64,000 nucleotides of DNA. It comes from TPA_inf: Saccharomyces. Its lineage: Eukaryota. The notes beneath the pieces were generated by a model. That model ran no database searches. It was not told where the DNA came from and worked only from the letters and a program-made list of their open reading frames with translations. Positions 58,705-64,000 of the stretch are shown here, in pieces (positions within the stretch are counted from its first letter, which is position 1; each line of letters starts with the position of its first letter). The translations under genes were made by a program, and so were the position numbers. Location: the NCBI GenBank assembly GCA_000146045.2, contig BK006939.2:224001-288000 (forward strand). Direction: 5' to 3'.

Positions 58705-60222
58705 TTATTTTGAAATAGTACTGAATGGTTTGGAAAAGGTGGAATTTTCAATCTGCAACGATATCGCGCTCAACATCTTTAACCTGTCATCATCGTACGT
58801 ATTTGGGACTTCAATTGAAGGCAATGTAATGATAGTGCTATCTGCCGATGTGCTTGACCTCGTCACTCGAGGCTCTTCTTTACCGGGAGTGCTTGCATCT
58901 TTCGTTGAAGAATGTGCACTCAAGACCTCAGATGTGGAGTGTGGCCTCATTGGATTGGACTGTTTATTACTACAAACCAAGGGATATTGATGGAGTGTCA
59001 TGTGATAGATAATTTCGTTGATTGGTGCCAAAGATGCATCAAACCCATAATCTTTGACAAGAGATCCCAGTATGAGATTCAGCACTCTCACCTGAATTTT
59101 TTCTTGTGATAGGTCAGCGAATAGTTGACGTGTAGCGGGCATAAATAGCCTTTGCGATAGAATAGTCAAAAATTCGATTGATGACAGCCGTTCAGTAAGA
59201 TATTGCTTAGTAGAAGACGGTAAATGTGAAAAGCTGTTTTCTACCACAAGGGAAATGGAAGCCATTAGTGAATTTTTGCCCAGCGTTTCTAGATTAGCAA
59301 AAGAATCCAAATTTCTTTCATCCTTAGACATCTCCAAGCACGTCCTTGAGTTATGTATCTTTGACAGGATGAGTTTTCTCAAGTTGTTGGATATTACAAC
59401 TTTGCTTTGGCACCCTTTTTTTTTCGTTAAATTTGGTCTAATGAACTTATCTCTTTGAATTTGTTCAGGTAGTGGAATAGCATTATTTACAATTTCAACA
59501 ATTATTGATTTGGCAATAAAGTCGTATTCTTGTTCACTTTCTAGAGGCTGATCTTCTATATCAAACTTTTGTAATTTTTCATCGCCGCCGTGCGCATACG
59601 GTGCCGATGGATCACGAAGAAGAGATGCGTTCTTCTTAAGTAAAGAGCGAACTTGAGTTGGTACAGGTGGAAGAGTGCGGCCATTCGGATAAGGTAACAA
59701 TTTTTGTGATGTTATAGTATTAAGAGAAGGAAGAGCGTGCTCAGCAGGTTCTTCCTTCACGCTGGCTTCTTCGTCAGAGCTTGATGCATTGGAAGCTGAA
59801 CAAGACCCCATATTACTTGAGCTGGGGGGAGACAAAGGAATTTTTTGAACTTTACCACGGGCTATTTTCTTCTTAGAGTCTAATAATTTTTTCTTGGAAC
59901 GTTTCCTGTTTCTTCTCACCGATTGAACAGCAGCGGTAACCAACTTTTCAAATTCTGCCGAAAACGTATCAGGGTACTCAAATTCACTCCTTAATATGGT
60001 GGCTATTTGTCTTATATTATCATCTTGTTCACTTGCTTTGTGCTGGCTCAAGCCAAATGAGTCAATGAGTTCTAGTCTTCTGCTAGAAAACTTCTTCCAT
60101 TTCTTTTCATCATTAAAGTTTAACTGAGCTCTGATTTTATGTGTAGTACCATAGCCCGTATACTTTCCTGTTTTATGGCTACCTTCCAAATGAATTTTGG
60201 AGTTCTCAGTATCGTCAATCAT
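58705..60222 (-). CDS. VHR2: VHT1-regulator-like transcription factor paralog, 505 aa
   Basis: Complete 505-aa ORF with a basic/Ser-rich middle region. Length and synteny match YER064C. Confidence 0.75.
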   Translation of the reverse strand: MIDDTENSKIHLEGSHKTGKYTGYGTTHKIRAQLNFNDEKKWKKFSSRRLELIDSFGLSQHKASEQDDNIRQIATILRSEFEYPDTFSAEFEKLVTAAVQSVRRNRKRSKKKLLDSKKKIARGKVQKIPLSPPSSSNMGSCSASNASSSDEEASVKEEPAEHALPSLNTITSQKLLPYPNGRTLPPVPTQVRSLLKKNASLLRDPSAPYAHGGDEKLQKFDIEDQPLESEQEYDFIAKSIIVEIVNNAIPLPEQIQRDKFIRPNLTKKKGCQSKVVISNNLRKLILSKIHNSRTCLEMSKDERNLDSFANLETLGKNSLMASISLVVENSFSHLPSSTKQYLTERLSSIEFLTILSQRLFMPATRQLFADLSQEKIQVRVLNLILGSLVKDYGFDASLAPINEIIYHMTLHQYPLVCSNKQSNPMRPHSTSEVLSAHSSTKDASTPGKEEPRVTRSSTSADSTIITLPSIEVPNTYDDDRLKMLSAISLQIENSTFSKPFSTISK

Positions 60223-60380
60223 CTTGCAATTTTTACTCTGACTGTTGCTGTTTTTTTTGCTGAGATATTTTCCGGTTAAGATGTTTGAATATGCTAAAGG
60301 TAATATACAGCTAGAGAAATATGAAAAGCAAGAATATAAAAATAGAACAGGAGCACTTAGTTCGGTTTTTTGCCATCATG

Positions 60381-60386
<6 letters not shown>

Positions 60387-60423
<37 letters not shown>

Positions 60424-60450
60424 CGTGCGTGTGTGTGTGTGTGTGTGTGT
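60387..60450. repeat. compound dinucleotide microsatellite (AT)~17 followed by (GC/GT)n, about 64 bp, in the VHR2-ICL1 intergenic region
   Basis: atatatatatatatatatatatatatatatatat gtgcgtgcgtgtgtgtgtgtgtgtgtgtgt read directly. Confidence 0.92.
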
Positions 60451-61240
60451 ACATGTATGCGGCAGCTAAAAGATGACGAGTACCTTCTAACGGCCATGTT
60501 ATTTTCTACAGAAAGCATCTCACTTTGAGCGCCCAGAAAAAAGAAAAGGGAGAACAAAGTGATTAATTTTGCCTCTCGATTACATTATGAGGTGGCACTA
60601 TTTGTCACATTTTATGTTTTTCATCCCGCACTTGGCTTTCATGAGAAAAGCATGTAGGACGCTTGAGTTTGGCATGCGAGAGAAGAGGCGTGTCAGAAAA
60701 AAAAACGCCTTTTGCTCTTGAGAAGAGCGGCAAAAATTGCCGAACAGGTGGAATTTCTCGACCAAAGGTGGGGTAAATATCGGTTACCCGTTTGCGAGTT
60801 CCTTTACAGTCTCAATGATTTCCAAGATGACTAAGGGAATATTTTCCATGGTGCCTTTTGCCTCGCGTACACTCACGGCACTAATGGGCGATACGATACT
60901 ATGATTGTGTTCGGGATTAGTTCGATTCAATCATTCGCGCACGAGGCATGGACAGAAATGGCACTGATTTTAGTCACCGAGTCAACAAAAATGAGGCGAC
61001 TCGATCAAAGATGTTTATTGACTCGTTTTTGCAACTAGAGAAAGGCATTCTTGCACGGAGAGAATGTTGACTTTAGTTGGAGTACCATTAGAGAGATGCC
61101 ATTAGAGAACATTGTACTGCAGTAACGATGAGTTTAAGTTTTTAAGTACGCATGTTTATATATGAAAAAAATATACATTGAGATTACGAATATATATACT
61201 TGTCAGGAAATGCCGGCAGTTCTAATGGTTAATCCTTGTC

Positions 61241-62914
61241 CTATTTCTTTACGCCATTTTCTTTGAATTGATCTTCTGTGACACCGGTTCCCATAGCAGC
61301 TGTTGCGCTAACACCACCTTGAGCTAACTTCAATAACCCATCGATGTACTCCGCACCAGACCATTTTTGATGTTTCAACACATCAACACCATCGTCCATT
61401 TCCCTCTGCTGAACATTCTGGGCATAAGCTTTCATCCCATCCTTGGCAAAGTCACGAGAGAAGTTATGGACAGCTAAAGCGTTAGTGTGTAAACCGGCCA
61501 ATGTGATAAATTGCCAGATGTAACCTAGATCACCCAGCCTTTGGATGAAGGTGTGTTGTTCATCAACGGACATGGCTTTTGGCCAGTTAAAGGATGGAGA
61601 CAAGTTGTAAGCTAGCCATTGGTCAGGGAATTTCTCTTTAACACCTTCTGCAAACTCCTTGGCCTGTTGGAAGTCTGGGTAGTTAGATTCCATCCATACC
61701 AAATCAGCATATGGAGCAAATGCACGGGCCCTCATGATAGAACATTGCGTCCCACCTCTGTAACGGTACAACCCTTCCCTTACGCGTGGTAGCTCCCAGT
61801 CGAAGAAAATTTCGTGGCCAAGAATTTCTTTAGCGAGCTTCTTGGCTTCTCTGTGGGATGTTTCAGTCAATGGACCCACTTTAGAGGTGAATTTCTTAAT
61901 CAATTCTTGCTTATTTGACAGGGCTGATCTTTCAATTTCATCAATGACGGCTTCATGGAATAACTTGAGTCCAGCGTCTCTACACCATTTTTGTTCAATG
62001 TCAGCTAGTTCTTGTCCTGATGCACCACTCATGATGGCATCATTTAAAACTTCGGCAAATGGCTCGATATTTGGATTGGTGGCACCGACAATGAAATAAT
62101 GATCTCTGGTATCGATGGTTGAGCTAATCAAAGTGGCTGCTTCTGAATCAGTCCTAGCAACGACAATTAAGTCAGAATGCATGATATCAGCACACATTCT
62201 AATAGTCACCAATCTGTTAACATGTTCCTGAACGGGTATAACACATCTTCCTGCCATATGCCCACATTTCTTATTTGTAGATGTCTGGTCTTCCATGTGG
62301 ATCCCAGCAGCACCACGCTCAATGAACATCTTGGTCAATTTGAAGACTGCGGTTAAACCGCCGTGGCCTGCGTCTGCATCAGCGACAATTGGTGTTAGGT
62401 AGTCAATTGGGGCACCCATCTCATCGAGTTCTTCCTGAGATTTAGCCTTTGACCGTGCCTCTAGTTGTTTTCTGTCGTGAAACAATTGGGCCTTGAACAA
62501 ATGTTCCACTTTGTTTGGAACGGTGTCCATTGGATAATCAGCTAAGTCTGGACCAGGTTCATTTGAGGTGGAAGCAGTTGATGAACACTGCCAACCAGAA
62601 ATATAGATTGTGTCTAAGTATTTTGCCATTTGAGAAATCTGGACAGGATCTAGGGCACCGAAAGTTTTAGAGACTGTACCCTCATTGTGATGCTTCTCTA
62701 ATACCTTGAATAATTTTCTGGCCATGACCGAAGATGGGTATTCGATTGGTGGGAATGTCCCGCGTCTAACAGCAATATCTCTGGCTGAATAATTTCTCTT
62801 AGTCTTACTCCAACGTGAGTCAGACCACCATTTCTCAATTTCGGCAGCATCTGCATCTAGTTTTGCTTGTAAAGCTGCAAAATCGTTCTTCGTATTTCCA
62901 ACGGGGATAGGCAT
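61241..62914 (-). CDS. ICL1: isocitrate lyase (glyoxylate cycle), 557 aa
   Basis: The ICL signature KKCGHMAGR is present. Length is 557 aa. Confidence 0.95.
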   Translation of the reverse strand: MPIPVGNTKNDFAALQAKLDADAAEIEKWWSDSRWSKTKRNYSARDIAVRRGTFPPIEYPSSVMARKLFKVLEKHHNEGTVSKTFGALDPVQISQMAKYLDTIYISGWQCSSTASTSNEPGPDLADYPMDTVPNKVEHLFKAQLFHDRKQLEARSKAKSQEELDEMGAPIDYLTPIVADADAGHGGLTAVFKLTKMFIERGAAGIHMEDQTSTNKKCGHMAGRCVIPVQEHVNRLVTIRMCADIMHSDLIVVARTDSEAATLISSTIDTRDHYFIVGATNPNIEPFAEVLNDAIMSGASGQELADIEQKWCRDAGLKLFHEAVIDEIERSALSNKQELIKKFTSKVGPLTETSHREAKKLAKEILGHEIFFDWELPRVREGLYRYRGGTQCSIMRARAFAPYADLVWMESNYPDFQQAKEFAEGVKEKFPDQWLAYNLSPSFNWPKAMSVDEQHTFIQRLGDLGYIWQFITLAGLHTNALAVHNFSRDFAKDGMKAYAQNVQQREMDDGVDVLKHQKWSGAEYIDGLLKLAQGGVSATAAMGTGVTEDQFKENGVKK

Positions 62915-63300
62915 TTTTCGTTGACTTTTTGTTATGTTATGCTAAGAGTTTTCTCTCAATTGTTAGGTATTTGGGTGTGAAAAGAAAAAAAGGATAAGAT
63001 GAAATTAGCAAGCCAAGACAAATAATAAGAATTTTGCCAGTGAAGCAGCTCCTTTATATAATAAAGAAACGTTTTGTGAATTCCGATGTGCCTGGTTAAG
63101 GGCGGACTTTGGACTGACTTATGCTTTTCTCTTTTGCACCAATATTGAGTCACATACTGGGATGCTAGTCCGGACTATGGATATTTTCTTCTGTAAAGGG
63201 TAGTGAAAGATGACGTTGAGTGTTAATTTTGTGGTGATTGGCTTCAGTTTTGATTGTTTCGGATGAAATGAAAAAGTGACGAAGTCAGATAAGTGATCGC

Positions 63301-63311
63301 TCGGATGAATG
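63301..63311. promoter_or_regulatory. carbon-source-responsive element CGGATGAATGG (CCATTCATCCG on the other strand; Cat8/Sip4 site) about 390 bp upstream of ICL1
   Basis: Matches the CSRE consensus CCRTYSRNCCG. Degenerate CGGATGAAATG and CGGATGACG copies lie at about 63259 and 63344. Confidence 0.6.
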
Positions 63312-63719
63312 GAAACCTGGGGCAAAAGGGAACAGTTTTTCTCATCGGATGACGAGTAGCAAAACCCGACCGCCCAAAGCATCCGGGTTACGAGATATTT
63401 ACTTTTCAATAAATAGATTCAATTATTATTATTTTCTCGAGACATATTACTGACACAAGAAATTTCCTATGGGAGCTTGATTTAGTTTTTCCTTCTAACA
63501 TTGTCATTTTAACTGTGTTGCCTTCCCTTGCTCGCAACTATGCTACGCTATATTGTACTCTTGAATTTTATTTATGTTTTGTTCCCAGCGGGCATCTTTC
63601 AATAAAATGAACTCAAGAAGAAGTAAATAATAACAAGCTATAATGGGTGGCCATTTGTGATCAAATTTGGAGTGAAACACGTATGATTATGTTTGAACTC
63701 TCTTTCTTTGATACGAAAC

Positions 63720-64000
63720 CTCAAGCGACGTAGGTGATGGATATATTCACAAGATAACAAAGGCCGTGTTACAACATTAGATATGTAAACAACGTGCTAG
63801 AAGTTCTCCTCGAAGATCTCGAAATCTACAAAAGGGAATCGATATTTTATACATAATCCTATTATTATTTTTTCTTCCATTTTATATGCTCACTCATTAT
63901 CCTTTACATTTCCAAAATCATGCATTTCAGCTTCCATTAAATTTTGATGGCTGTCTCTTAATTTTGTTATCTTTCTTTATGTCATCCTCTTACAGAGTAT
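63720..64000 (-). mobile_element. diverged solo delta (Ty1/Ty2 LTR), minus orientation, truncated by the window edge
   Basis: The reverse complement reads ...TGGAAGCTGAAATGCATGATT..GGATAATGAGTGAGCATATAAAATGGAAGA...TCGATTCCCTTTTGTAGATTTCGAGATCTTCGAGGAGAACTTCTAGCACG...ACATATCTAATGTTGTAACACGGCCTTTGTTATC. This aligns with the delta consensus, and its sequence resembles the delta at 25109-25431. Confidence 0.55.

Noticed and set aside
60905-60925. tRNA-like B-box fragment agttcgattcaatc
   Set aside because: There is no A box, no acceptor or anticodon stems and no cloverleaf can be drawn. It is a chance match.

Overview
This window is ordinary single-copy Saccharomyces cerevisiae nuclear DNA, not a prokaryotic or accessory element. 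I found no CRISPR array, operon or defence-island-like system, and no convincing undescribed biological system.

Identification. From memory, the gene order and protein lengths match chromosome V right arm, YER036C to YER065C in S288C (roughly chrV 224-288 kb). The order is ARB1 (5' part), PHM8, KRE29, HVG1/YER039C-A, GLN3, YEN1, MXR1, SAH1, ERG28, MEI4 (one intron), ACA1, SPO73, SAP1, CAJ1, a Ty LTR cluster with tRNA-Gln(UUG), ISD11, TPA1, RSM18, JHD1, HOM3, PIC2, GIP2, HIS1, FCY2, RPL34A (one intron), HMF1, PET117, PCL6, FCY21, FCY22, CEM1, GPP2/HOR2, THO1, VHR2, ICL1, and a partial delta LTR at the right edge. The provided ORF track counts the stop codon in its coordinates and sometimes begins at a non-ATG or upstream in-frame ATG, so I trimmed several starts to the conserved ATG. 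Textbook regulatory motifs sit where expected: Gcn4 sites at HIS1 and HOM3, a CSRE at ICL1, URS1 at MEI4, a Rap1 site at RPL34A, and STRE/E-box at GPP2.

Most interesting observations:
- A sharp gene-conversion-like mosaic at the 3' ends of the tandem FCY21/FCY22 purine-cytosine permease paralogs. The third paralog, FCY2, lies 8 kb away.
- A VRG4-like reading frame split by a single in-frame TGA into HVG1 and YER039C-A.
- A tRNA-Gln Ty hotspot with a full-length sigma 15 bp upstream and two head-to-head delta LTRs.
- A 3-bp stop-to-stop convergent pair, PHM8/KRE29.
- Several unexplained non-coding blocks: a 1.7 kb ORF-free, moderately GC-rich ACA1-SPO73 gap; a GC-rich island upstream of RPL34A; and a compound (AT)n(GT)n tract.
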